Of a stretch of 64,000 nt of DNA, positions 50,965-63,974 are shown piece after piece; the stretch's first letter is position 1, and each line of letters begins with the position of its first letter. Location of the stretch: the NCBI RefSeq assembly GCF_006345805.1, contig NC_043007.1, positions 16,740,001 through 16,804,000 of the forward strand. The letters run 5' to 3'. The notes below the pieces were generated by a model. The model saw only the letters and a program-made list of their open reading frames with translations, was not told where the DNA came from and did not search any database. A program made the position numbers and the translations under genes. This DNA is from Octopus sinensis (lineage: Eukaryota).

Positions 50965-51826
50965 ATATATACATATACATATATATAGTTTAGAGACAGG
51001 TGCTCTCTATATAGTATACACTTTGATGTGCTCAAGAGAATTGAACTTGAGCTGGTAGAGGAGTAAATGCAAGGACAGGTAAGTAGGCAAGTCGATTTAC
51101 ACAGAATATGGAACCAAGTAATCATCATCATTCCGGACCACCGAGCCCCCAGAAACAGCTGTCGGACTGGTAAAACTCAGCCTGTTTAACTCCTCATATC
51201 ATTTATATTCTGTGTAAGTCGGACTATTTTATATCCCTGCACATGTATATTTCTTTGTATTAAATGCATCTTATATTCTGTGTCAATCTCCTTGCCTAAC
51301 TTGCTCGTCCTTACATTTACTCCCATACATATATATATCATCATCATCATCATCATCATTTAGCGTCCGTTTTCCATGCTAGTATGGGTTGGACGGTTTA
51401 ACTGGGGTCTGTGAAGCTGGAAGGCTTCATCAGGCCCAGTCAGATCTGGCAGTGTTTCTACAGCTGGATGCCCTTCCTAACGCCAACCACTCCGTGAGTG
51501 TAGTGGGTGCTTTTTACGTGCCACCCGCACAGGTGCCAGACACAGCTGGCAAACGGCCACGAAACGGATGGTGCTTTTACGTGTCACCGGCACGGGGGCC
51601 AGGCGAGGCTGGCAACGGACAGGAACGGATGGTGCTTTTACGTGCCACCGACATGGGGGCCAGACAGAGCTGGCAAACGGCCACGAACGGATGATGCTTT
51701 TACGTGTCACCGGCCAGGGGGCCAGGCGAGGCTGGCAACGAACACGAACGGATGGTGCTTTTACGTGCCACCGACACGGGGACCAGACATATATATATAT
51801 GTAAATACACACACACACATATATAT

Positions 51827-51866
<40 letters not shown>

Positions 51867-52023
51867 CGACGATGATGATATAACCATGTTTAACAGCCAC
51901 ATAAAATGTGATCACCAGACTGTAGATAAGAAAGGTTTTGATGAATATATGTTTGATGTATAAAATAAGCACCTTAGTTCACTTTTCATTCACGATATAG
52001 CATATAAGTTTATCCATTATCCT

Positions 52024-52405
52024 CTAGGTCCTATTCAATATCTGACCTTGATTAAAAGTATACCTGAACTTGTAATCTGGATAGAATAACTGCAGATTTC
52101 TCAATAGTTTAGAATAGATGTTCTCTTTTTCACTGATCTTCAGCTTTATGTTAACATTAGCCAGGCTGCTAATTCCTACGACTATACACAGTTTCTCTTC
52201 TCTATCCCAAATCATTATATCAGGTTTGTTGTGTTTACATTTCATTGAGGTCTTCTCTAGTACATTCCACCAGTACGCCTTTTCAATTATGTATCACCAT
52301 GGCTTCTGCCATACTGTGGGTTCTTATTTCTTTGTTCTTGAGGTTATCCTTCCAACAAATTTTATTATAGAGTGTCCTGGCTACAACATCATGTCTCATC
52401 AGTAG
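52024..52405 (-). mobile_element. R4/Dong-type RLE LINE fragment
   Basis: MRHDVVARTLY...YWWNV...KHNKPDIMIWDREEKLCIVV...EKENIY: RHD and PD-(D/E) endonuclease motifs. Confidence 0.75.
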
Positions 52406-52411
52406 ATGTAC

Positions 52412-52442
<31 letters not shown>

Positions 52443-53221
52443 TGTATGTATGTATGCATGTATGTATGTATGTATGTATGTATGCATGTTTTTAATCTGC
52501 AAAAGGGTTAGATTTCCTAGGTTGATAGTATTTTATGTGAAAAAATATTAATTTTGATTAGACATGCTTTCAGAAGGCTAAATAAACTACCAGACACATC
52601 TTTGAATCACACAAAGAAAAGAAAAGAAACAGACAAAACAATACTACAGGGTCTTCCTCTTCGAAGAGCTTTGTGAAAGACACATATTCCAAAAATAAAT
52701 AAGGATTTTATTGCCAGTACCGCCTGACCGGCCCTCGTACCGGTGGCACGTAAATGTACCCACTACACTCTCAGAGTGGTTGGCATTAGGAAGGGCATCC
52801 AGCTGTAGAAACTCTGTCAGATCAGATTGGAGCCTGGTGCAGCCATCTGGTTCGCCAGACCTCAGTCAAATTGTCCAACCCATGCCAGCATGGAAAGCAG
52901 ACGTTAACGATGATGATGATGATGATTAGGATATTGTCATACTTGGAGATGGTCATATTTTACGAATTAAACACACACTGTATGTCAGGTTTTTACTCTT
53001 TACTCTTTTACTTGTTTCAGTCATGTGACTGCGACCATGCTGAAGCACCACCTTTAGTCGAGCAAATTGACCCCAGGACTTATTTTTTGTAAGCCTAGTT
53101 CTTATTCTATTGGTCTCTTTTGCCAAACTGCTAAGTTACGGGGACATAAACACACCAGCATCGGTTGTCAAGCGATATTGTGGGGACAAACACATAAACA
53201 TACATACGTATATATATATAT

Positions 53222-54242
53222 GTTGTTTATGTAATGATCTAATTATCGTAATTTTCTATATTATTAGATATTAAATTTAAGTTTATTCGTAAGATACTTC
53301 TTAGCGATAGATTTATTATTTGATAGCAAGCATACTAGGTGTACTAAGTTAGGCTTTGTATATACATGTTTTAATAGTATTAATTGTAGTTTTAAATTTA
53401 TAATTAAATTAGATAAACTTTGATAAACTTAGATATGTTTCGACTAAAGATTGGTCCAGGCCATGTCTAATTTAATAGCATAACTTAGTTATTTCTTTAA
53501 ATTTATATTCGATAATTATTCCCATTCATAATTATATTTATAGTACTTATAGTATTTATTCGATACTATATTACTACGAATTGATTATTTCTAAAAGTAT
53601 TTTACATAAGATTTCTGAAAGTTCGTTTAAGTTAGTTTATTTGTATTTTGAAATTAGCTATTTCATCTTTAAATATGAAAAATTAATTTATTAGGTTTTT
53701 ATTATATGTGCATATACAATTATTTATAGAGATTATTCTAGATCTTAATTATAATATTTATATACATTTATATATTTTCATTGATAATTTATATATATTG
53801 GTCATTTTAAATATTTATGTAATTAGATATAGACTAATTTTGATATTAGATTATGGGTGGGTTTCCTACCTTATAAATTAAAATTAATATTTAACATTAT
53901 AGTCGATTTGGATATAATCATAATTGTTAAGTTCTATGTCTAGTTTGATAATAGAGTTTATTATAAGTAAAATTATTATATTATATATATTATTTATATC
54001 TTAAAAATATTGTTTAAATATTTCTGATTATATTTTAGATATTTAAATCACCTGAAGAATGACTGTAACCCGAAATTTTAAGAATTGGACAGCCATGAAA
54101 CGATCGTAGTGTTATACTAATTATCTTCTTTTAATAATTTTGATATATATTTAAAATAATATAAATTAATTATCTTATGTATTGGCTTGAGTTTTTCATT
54201 GTATGATTTGCCTAATAGTGGTTTTATCTCTAATTTAATATA

Positions 54243-54243
<1 letters not shown>
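53222..54243 (+). mobile_element. ~1-kb extremely AT-rich element ending in a hammerhead ribozyme (non-autonomous Penelope-like / retrozyme-like)
   Basis: Sharp compositional shift; flanked by (TA)n inside a split SINE A; hammerhead at 54049-54111; no long ORF. Confidence 0.55.
54049..54111 (+). ncRNA. Type-I hammerhead ribozyme with canonical core
   Basis: CAC-CTGAAGA-ATGACTGT-(22-nt loop)-ACAGCCAT-GAAA-C-GATC-GTA-GTG: stem I CAC/GTG, stem II with one A.C mismatch, palindromic ACGATCGT stem III. Predicted cleavage after A54108. Confidence 0.75.
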
Positions 54244-54296
<53 letters not shown>

Positions 54297-54709
54297 ATAC
54301 ATATATATATATATATATATATACACATACATACATACATATATACAACAGGCTTCTTTCAGTTTCCATCTACCAAATCCACTCACAAGGCTTTGGTCGG
54401 CCCGAGGCTATAGAGAAGACACTTGCCCAAGGTGCCACACAGTGGGACTGAACCTGGAACCATGTGGTTGGTAAGCAAGCTACTTACCACACAGCCACTC
54501 CTAATATATATATACATATATATGACAGGCTTCTTTCAGTTTCCGTCTACCAAATCCACTCATAATGCTTTGCTCAGCCCGAGGCCATAGTAGAAGACAC
54601 TTGCCCAAGGTTCCTCGCAGTGGGAATGAACCCGGAACCATGTGGTTGGGAAGCAAGCTACTTACCACACAGCCACTCCTAACTTTATTATTATTATTTT
54701 TGTGTCCTT

Positions 54710-54752
54710 GTCAAAGCTCTTTCATCACACATCCTGTGACCTCTTCAATAAC
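54710..54752 (-). ncRNA. Decayed minimal hammerhead motif
   Basis: GTTA-TTGAAGA-G-GTCAC-AGGATGT-GTGAT-GAAA-GAGCTT-TGAC. It differs from a canonical fold mainly by C>T changes, and has the same architecture as the 38845-38870 half. Confidence 0.5.
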
Positions 54753-56422
54753 ACTTTATCTCATGTGTCTCTTCTTGTTTTGCTTAGTCCATTTCTAATA
54801 GGATGTGATATTCAATACAAATAGTGCAAACAGATTAGTCAGTGCTAAGTGCACAGCACCCATTATTGTTATGGAAAACTCTTTAAGGAAAGAAAAGAGA
54901 TTCTTAAAGAAGATATTTCATACACAAAGAGCTATTTAAGAGCAATAGTGTTTTCTAATACAAAGTGAGATTTTATAATCTTAAACTGTGCAGACATAAT
55001 TGTGTGCTTAAGAAACTCACTTTGCAACCACATGGTTTTAGGTTCAATTCCACTGTATGGCACCTTGGTCAAGTGTCCTCTACTACAGCCCCTGACTGAC
55101 CAGTGCCTTGTGAATGAACTTAGTTGCCAGACAAACTTTGTGGAAACCTGGCATGTTTATGTATGTGTGAGTGTATGTGTGTATGTGTATGTGTGTATGT
55201 GTGTGAGTGTAAGTGTGTGTGTGTGAGTTTGTGTTTGTCCCCACCTCCACTGCTTGACAACTAGTGTTGGTTTGTTTATATTCCTGTAACTTAGCGATTC
55301 AGCAAAAGAGACCAACAAAATAAGTACTACACTTTGGTACCCCAGCATGGCTGCAGTCCAATAAATGAAACATGGAAAAAAATAATTGTTCATGTTTTCC
55401 TTCATACATCCATTCCTGTAGAAGACAGAGAAGGAAGAATAAATAATGTATTAGATTACCTGCTTATTTCTTTATTGCCCACAAGGGGCTAAACATAGAG
55501 GGGACAAACAAGGACAGACGAAGGGATTAAGTCGATTACATTGACCCCAGTGCATAACTGGTACTTAATTTATCAACCCGTCGAGAGTTCAAATCTGTTT
55601 CAGCTGGTTCGTTATGTTTACTTGAGGAAACAAGATCCCTATTTTCATGAATGTCAGAAAAACATGTCTCATGGTATTCCTTCAGGCCCTTTTTCTTCTG
55701 AGTATCCACCAAGTACTGGAGTACCTTCTCCTCCTTATTGCAGGCCTTATACCAAGATTATAGAGAAGGCAGTAAGCTGGTTGAATAGTTGGTGCACTAG
55801 ATAAAATCTTAAGTAACAGTTCTTCCAGCCACTTACATTCTGAGTTCAAATTCTGTCAAGGTCAACTTAGCTTTTCACCCTAACATGGTTGTTATAATAA
55901 AGTACCAGTCAAGTACTGGAGTCAATGACATTGGCTAACCCCCACACCCTAAAATTGCTGGGATTTCACTAAAATTTGAAACCATTGTTGTTATTATTTT
56001 ACAGTTGGTATACATTAGTTAGTACATATTTGAGTAGTAACCGAGACTGTTTGTCTGCTAGTAGAGACACGTAGACTGCTTACCAAGTCAGTCTTATTTA
56101 GTTCCTTCATGTTTTAGCACCAAAATGTAAGAGATATTCAATGATCAATTATATTTTCACTACATTTCAGACACAATGAAAATACATTCAAATTGAAGTG
56201 AATTGAATAAGTTTATGTAATTTCTCACAGTAGATATGCATGATTTCTTGTTGAATAATTCCTTTCTGAGTTAAACCCTTTTCAAAGACGGGACTGTGTG
56301 ATTTCTGAAAGATATATATACAACCTGCTACAAATAGTAGTCAAATTACAGTAAGCTGTATGACCAAAAGCAGAAGGTACCACTTGTTGCTGTTTAGCCT
56401 ATAGTCATGTCTGATCTGTGTA

Positions 56423-56727
56423 GAGGCACATGGCCTAGTGGTTAGAGCAGCGGACTCCCGGTCGAGGGATCGCGGGTTCGAATCTCAGACCGGGCGATGT
56501 GTGTGTTTATGAGCGAAACACTTAAGCTCCACGCGGCTCCGGCAGAAGGTAATGGCGAACTTCTGCTGACTCTTTCGCCACAACTTTCTCTCACTCTTTC
56601 CTCCTGCATCTTGCAGCTCACCTGTGATGGACCGGCGTCCCATCCTGGTGGGGAACCTATACGCCAAGGAAACCGGGAAACCGGCCCTTATGAGCCAGGC
56701 ATGGTTCGAGAGGGTACAAACAACAAC
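56423..56727 (+). mobile_element. tRNA(Arg)-like SINE
   Basis: GAGGCACATGGCCTAGTGGTTAGAGCAGCGGACT...GGTTCGAATCTC head; CAACAAC tail. Confidence 0.75.
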
Positions 56728-56823
56728 ATGTCTGATCTGGCATACAAATGACTAGTTGTAACTATCCCAACATGGTTGTTTACCTCAGACTACATCATCC
56801 AATGAGATTTTTTTTTAAAGATA

Positions 56824-57189
56824 TCTCTTTATATATAAACAGCAAAATGTCTGTGTGTGTGTGTGTGTGTGTGTGTATCCTTTACACAAATCCACAATTT
56901 TTCAGTTAGAAAGCTCGCACTTTCTATGGTCATTCAAAACCGTCCAAGGGTGGTCATGCACATCTTTACATTTCCCCAGTCATTAAAAAATCAATAGAAG
57001 TGACTTTTTGTGAATTTTCTATCCAAAACCCAATCAAAATGCCCAAAACTTGATATGCCAATTGAATGCCAGCTAGCTGTATGTGATTGGTCGGAAATTT
57101 GGACAGTACTCGCGTGTAAGTGCACACGCACGCAGCCGTATATGCATGCACTAGTACTATGACCCAGCGTTGTCGGGTCATAGTGCTAG
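56824..57189 (+). mobile_element. Non-autonomous Helitron
   Basis: A|TCTCTTTATATATAAA...(TG)n...; 3' hairpin GACCCAGCGTTGTCGGGTC then ATAGTGCTAG|T. Confidence 0.75.
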
Positions 57190-58297
57190 TTGAGGTATAA
57201 TCTGACAGCAATCTGGTTGCTATTTTTAATAGTTTTTTTTTAAAGATGTTGGGGTGAGATGTGATGGTGAATTGGCTGTTACTCCAACCAGGTGAAGTCT
57301 TCCTTACCACTATTATTGCTGATGGTGTTGCAGCAGCCAGTTTCTAATATAACATTTGAATAACTCAGAGAGTGTAACACCTTGTGATCTAAGTGAGTTA
57401 CAAATTTATTGGTTGGGGGTTGTAGTATTTCAGCTGAAAAAACACAAGTCAGTTATACAGCAGTCTTACATTGAGATTTATTGACCATGTGGTCCTGCTT
57501 AACAGCTAAGTAGACTGGGTCATCAAGAGTTAAGTGACTTGGCAATGAAAAACATTGTGTTGATAACAGAGTGATGAACTCTCCTGTTATAGACAGATGA
57601 GGATTTTGTATCTTCTTATTTCTTTATTGTTCACAAGGGGCTAAACATAGAGAGGACAAACAAGGACAGACAAAGGGATTAAGTTGATTACATTGACCCC
57701 AGTGCGTAACTAGTACTTAATTTATCGACCCTGAAAGGATGAAAGGCAAAGTCGACCTCGACAGAATTTGAACTCAGAACGTAACAGCAGATTAAATACC
57801 TATTTGTTTACTACCCACAAGGGGCTAAACACAGAGAGGACAAACAAGGACAGACAAAGGGATTAAGTTGATTAGATCGACCCCAGTGCGTAAATGGTAC
57901 TTAGTTTATCGACCTCGAAAGGATGAAAGGCAAAGTCGACCTCGGCGGAATTTGAACTCAGAATGTAGCGGCAGACGAAATTCCGCTAAGCATTTCGACC
58001 AGCATGCTAATGTTTCTGCCAGCTCATCACCTTCATCTTTTTGCTGAACAACCTGCAGAGATGATTTGTTTATAATGATTAAATGTTTGTGTTGCACATG
58101 GGCTCACTCTTTCCATCAAATTGACAGGTGGACAGTTTGCCACACGTCAGATATTTAAGTGATTGCAGGGCAAGGGGAAATGGAGTGTTTTATTCAAGGA
58201 CACAATACACTGCCCAATTCAGGAATCAAAACAACAATTGTCCAATTGTGAATGCAACATCATAACCATCAGCCTACTACATGGTTAGAGTACAAAC

Positions 58298-58660
58298 TAC
58301 TTATCCAGGGCTTCTGAAGCTTTTTTGTTCTGCTGAAAGTTCAGCTATTTTTACCAATAGACTTTTAAGATATTTTTACCAGCAGTCTATTTTCTGAAGG
58401 TTGTCTGCATTCTGCCCTCATTCCTTCTAGTCTTTTTTCAGTTCCATTGTTCTCCCTGTTCATTGGTAAGTTCACAAAGTCATCATTAGATATTCTGAGT
58501 TCTGTAAACTTCATAGTTGGATTTCTCAGCCTTGGTTTCTGACAGGAAAAAACAGGCTTTTCTTTGTCTGATCTGCCTACTTTCTTTTGGGATTGACTTT
58601 TTTTCTTGGAGGTGTCTTCTTTTTCTATGCTTCCTGAGATTCGCCAACACTACACTTGAT
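58298..58660 (-). mobile_element. Decayed LINE (RTE-like) endonuclease-RT linker fragment
   Basis: Lys/Arg-rich minus-strand frames with stops, ending ...RTKKLQKPWIS (KPWI motif). Confidence 0.4.
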
Positions 58661-61149
58661 TTTCTCCCCTCCATACACACACAAGCATGTATCTGACTCA
58701 TACATTGTTCGCTTTCCAGACATTTCTACATTACTGCATGTACTTTATATGCACTTTCTGACAAGTTGTGGTGCACCTGAGCACTGTATACAATAATTTC
58801 CTTATTATTATTATTATCCCCAATAGTTTATAAGGAGGCACTGTCTATTTTCATGTGATTCTGCCAAACTATTTTCTTTTACGTAGTCTTGTTCAGTTTT
58901 TCTGTTGTTCTGGTAACACAGGCAAAACTGCCATCTCAAAAAGTATTTTTCTTTACACGTGTGCAAATATTGCAATTATTTTTAGTGGTATTGACCTCAC
59001 AACTAATAGCTTCATTTTCATTTTATGTCACTTTTAGGAGTATGCATGGAATAATGTTTCATTTTATTTTATTTTCCCACAAACAATGAGTTGTATTTAT
59101 GCAAAGTTGCATCAAATCACTACCATTTCTTTAATCAGTAGCTAAGATACTCTTTCTTTTTCCAACTAGAACATATAATAGTGAGACATCTCTGCAAGCT
59201 ACACTGCATACTTCCTGAATAGGTAAAGGAGATTCTTTAGATCAATTCTATAATTGATCTAATGTTCCTTTATTCTCCCTGTATTGTACTGGTGACATGA
59301 TAGAACATGTCCCTTTCTTCACAGCTGGTTATGTGAGAAAGAAAAAAAAACAGATAGACAGAGAGAAAAAAGAAGAGGGAATTCTTTTGGTGGGAGACAA
59401 GGAAGCCCTTCAAATACTGATGAACAAATGAATGAATGGAGACTGCATAGTTTAGAGAGGTCCCTAGTCTGGAAACGAGGCATCCTCTCTAATACTTGTA
59501 CTATAATAAAATGCATCCAGTATGCTCCTTAAAGTGGTTGGTGGTAGGAAGAGCCTCTACTTGTAGAAGCCATGTCAAAAAATGGGAAATGGAACGTATA
59601 AGCGAGGCACGATGTCCAAGTCTTCCAGGAAGGGGTAAAGTTTAAATATGAATTGACGCTTAACTTTAGGATCCATTGAACTCATACTTGTATGAAAATG
59701 TGGATGTTAAAATGCTGCTGCTGATGATGATGATGACAATGACGATGAATATATATCTCTTTATTGCCCACAAGGGGCTAAACATAGAAAGAACAAACAA
59801 GGACAGACAAAAGGATTAAGTCGATTACATTGACCCCGGTGCGTAACTGGTACTTAATTTATCGACCCCGAAAAGATGAAAGGCAAAGTCGACCTCGGCA
59901 GAATTTGAACTCAGAATGTAACGGCAGATGAAATACTGCTAAGCATTACACCCGACGTGCTAATGATTCTGCCAGCTCCGAATATATATTTCTTTATTGC
60001 CCACAAGGGGCTAAACATAGAAAGGACAAACAAGGACAGAAAAAAGGGATTAAGTCGATTACATTGACCCCAGTGCATAACTGGTACTTATTTAATTGAC
60101 CCCGAAAGGATGAAAGACAAAGTCGACCTCGTTGGAATTTGAACTCAGAACGTAATGGCAGACGAAATACTGCTGAGCATTTCGCCCAGCATGCTAACGA
60201 TTCTGCCAGCTCCGAAGATAACAACGATGACAATACTGATGATAACAATGATCACGATAGTGACGACGGTGATATGTGTGCAGCTGGTATAGAACATACA
60301 TACAGAAATACATCCGTATATACACACACACGTAGTTGCAATACATAAACAAAGAAAAAATACTAACTTCAGCAAAAACACCCAAAAAGTACAAAAGATC
60401 TGTGGCCATTTTTATATGGAAAATGACATGGGAAATCCATTTCTGGCCTTCTTTTTGTTGAATTAGGCATAGTTTCTACAGAATTGTCACTGTATATACC
60501 CTTTTTGTCATTATTAAATAAAATTCTCTACTGCATTGTAAGATGGGTTTCAACCCAGGGCTAGAGACCAATCTTAATAACCCCTACAATGTGATATGAT
60601 AAATAGCACAGTTACAGTTAAGGGACTTCAAGTTTTCCATTTTCTATGAAGAACAATACACGTTTTCTACAAATTAGAGATTACAGTCAGTAAGCAAAAA
60701 CAAGTGGGATCGTCATGGACGGAAGGTAGGATCCTGATATTTTCTTGTATTTTCTAGAATATAACGCTTTTTTATCATCATCATCATCATTTAGCATCCA
60801 CTTTCTATGCTAGCATGGGTTGGACGGTTCAACTGGGGTCTGGGAAGCCAGGACGCTGCACCAGGCCCAGATTGATCTGGCAATGTTTCTACAGCTGGAT
60901 GCCCTTCCTAACGCCAACCACTCCATGAGTGTAGTGGATGCTTTTTATGTGCCAGGCGAGGCTGGCAACAGCCACAATCGGATGGTGCTTTTTACGTGCC
61001 ACCGGCACTGGTATCACAGCTACAATTTCCATTGATGTTGATTGATTTCGATTTTGATTCTGATTGTCACTTGCCTCAACAGGTCTTCACAAGTAGAGTT
61101 TTGTGTCCCAAGAAGGAAAGGTATGCATAAGTGGACTGGCTACATTTTT

Positions 61150-62561
61150 ATATATAAAAATAATAAGACAGTGTGCATAAAGTGTCAGAAACATGATCCA
61201 AGTGGTGGAAATATTTCACTAAAAAAGGCGTAAATGAAGACATATAGTGCAAGCCTATCCTGGTGTTTCAAGAATGTGTGAAGACATTGAGTACCTGGTA
61301 TGCAGGAGAAATGTTCACATGAAGTTTGGTGTGCCAATGATTTGACATGTGCAGAAAGATCACTCTAATGATTGCTATTTCTGTCACTGTGACTTTACAG
61401 GCTGTACTACAGCAAAGAAAAAGAAACACATTGTTTACCCAAATTTGCAATTCAAGGTCAGCATCAAAGCTGTTCTGCTACACAATGGCAACACTCTGCC
61501 TTCTGTTCCCATAGCTTATAGCACAACCATCAAAGAATCATAGAAATATCTGAAAGCAATTCTAACAAGCATGCAGTATGATGACCATACCTGGCATATT
61601 GTGCAGATTTTAAGGTTGTGGCCATGCTTACAAGCCTTCAGCTTGGCTATACTAAATTCCAAGAAAGTTTGCGATAACTTCCTGGGCAACTATCATTCAG
61701 AAGACTATGTGCAATTTGTGAATGATCTGCTGGGTCATTATCATGATATGGGGTGTAACATGTCTCTCTGAAAGTTCATGTGCTTCACCCTCATTTGGAT
61801 TTTTTTGCGGAAAATCTTGGTGCTGTGAGTGATGAACATGGCAAAAGATTCCATCAGGATATTTCAGTTTAAAAACGAACTGACTCTTAACTTTAGGATC
61901 CATTGAACTCATACTTGTATGAAAATATGGATGTTAAAATGCTGCTGATGATGATGATGACGACAACGACGACGAATATATATCTCTTTATTGCCCTCAA
62001 GGGGCTAAACATAGAACGGACAAACAAGGACAGACAAAGGGATTAAGTTGATTACATCGACCCCAGTGCGTAACTGGTACTTATTTAATCGACCCCGAAA
62101 GGATGAAAGGCAAAGTTGACCTCGGCGGAATTCGAACCCAGAATGTAATGGCAGACAAAATACTGCTAAGCATTTTGCCCGATTCAAAGGAAAATGGAAC
62201 CCTGGCATGTTGGCATACTACTGCTGGGGTGTAAAAAAGATCACACTCCGCACAAGAGGCTTAGAAGGGCAAATGTTGTTTAAACTGACAGGTGTGTTTT
62301 TAATTCATAACCAATATATGTTTTGTTATACCAACTAAATTTTTGTGTTGTTCTTTTTGTAACTTTCATTATTTGCAATGTTGTGTTCAATACGCAATAT
62401 TATGCAATATATTATAAAACATATGGTTCATGGTACAGGGGGGAATCGGTGCATAATCTGGAGAAATGAAGGTCAGAATCAGAATCAGGACAATTTTTTG
62501 ACCCAGAAACAAGTCTTGATTAACTTGTACTTTTTTTTAACCTGAAATTTGTTGCACAGTG
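61150..62561 (+). mobile_element. Chapaev3-like (CMC) DNA transposon fossil
   Basis: KDHSNDCYFC; NFLGNYHSEDYVQFVNDLLGHYHDMGCNMSL/KVHVLHPHLDFFAENLGAVSDEHGKRFHQDIS; after an insertion at 61868-62180, GKWNPGMLAYYCW. The 3' end is ...TTTGTTGCACAGTG. The superfamily assignment is from recalled motifs. Confidence 0.65.
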
Positions 62562-63294
62562 TATTCGAACATGTAAAACAACAAACATTCTTGTACAGGT
62601 CAAAAGAAAACTATTTAGAACATTTCTCGAAATGTCTAGGAACAATCTAAATGAAATCAGAACGATTTGACTTCAAAGAAAATAGTCAGCCAAGTAAGTT
62701 AAAACTAAATAAAGATATTTTAATTAACTTTTAAACACACACGACAAAAAATAACAAATTGTATTCCTGAAATGAAATGAATAAAATACGTATTTTTCTG
62801 GTAATTAGTGAGAAAATAAGTTACTCGTTTGCAATAAATTATGTACATATTAAATGAATGTACGTATATTTTTCCTCCCCAAATTGTTTGTCCTTCAAAA
62901 TAGAACTTCAACTTTGAAATATTCCATTGTTTATGTCTATTAACATATATTCTCTACATTTGTAAGAAATCTCAGTCAAGTATTTCATGAGCACTTTTCT
63001 CAGATGAAAATCGTTTATTAACCAACGGAATTTACTGATTCACAGGTGTTGATGTTTTTTTTTTTTTTGTTTTTGGTTTTTTTTTTCCATTTGCATTTCA
63101 TTGGCAACACATTTCCTATTTTGTTTTTCTTTTAACATCTCCTTTTCCATGCTTGTACGGGTCAGATGGAATTTGTTGAGGTGGATTTTCCTACAGCCCG
63201 ATGCCTTTCCTGTTGCTAACCCTCACCTGTTTCCAGGTAATGTTTCCCCATGACCAGACATGTTCTCATGGGAGATTGGAAAGAAAAAAAGAAC

Positions 63295-63974
63295 GGATCT
63301 TTACCTTTTGACCTACAGATTTAAAAAAATAATTTTTTGTAACTAAACACTTTCAAACTTCGTATACTGGTAGAATGTGTCATATAAAACACCTTTTACT
63401 CTTAGCGTTTTTGATAAAAACTTATATTTTTAAAGTTTATTCATGTTGAAGTTCTCGTATTTCGGTAATTTCAACCAATCAATGACGTGTATTCAGCTGA
63501 ATAAAATTACTGCCGTTGTTTGTCAACAACAACTATCAGCGGTGTATATTTCGTTTGTCACTGTTATTTATTACAACCCTAACTCTAAAACCCTAACCCT
63601 AACCTTAAAACCTTAACCCTAACACCCTAATCCTAAAACCCTAACACTAACCCTAAAACCTTAAACCTTAAAACCAGTACAAACGCACGAACGATGTCAT
63701 AAATAACAGTGACAAACGAAATATACACCGCCGAAAGTTGTTGTTGAGAAGCAACAGCAGTAATTTTATTCAGCTGAATACACGTCATTGATTGGTTGAA
63801 ATTACCAAAATAGGAGAACTTCAGCATGAAATAACTTCGTAAATATAAGTTTTTCTCAAAAACGCTAAGAGTAAAAGGTGTTTTATATGACACATTCTAC
63901 CAGTATACGAAGTTTGAAAGTGTTTAGTTACAAAAAATTATCTTTTAAATCTGTCGGTCAAAAGGTAAAGATCC
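63295..63974. mobile_element. Long-TIR fold-back MITE (Merlin-like) with central telomere-like repeats
   Basis: ~280-bp TIRs starting GGATCTTTACCTTTTGACC; 8-bp TSD AAAAGAAC (63287-63294 / 63975-63982); degenerate (CCCTAA/CCCTAAAA)n core at ~63576-63674. Confidence 0.8.

Noticed and set aside
51490-51790. Repeat-spacer-like pattern suggestive of a CRISPR array
   Set aside because: The spacers are homologous to one another, the context is eukaryotic and there are no cas genes; it is a LINE-borne minisatellite.
53222-54243. AT-rich block as a mitochondrial insertion (NUMT) or contaminant
   Set aside because: No recognisable mitochondrial gene or tRNA; the hammerhead and (TA)n insertion site favour a retroelement. 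A BLASTN against the mitogenome would settle it.
63576-63674. True telomere or chromosome end
   Set aside because: Short, degenerate and enclosed by TIRs with a TSD.
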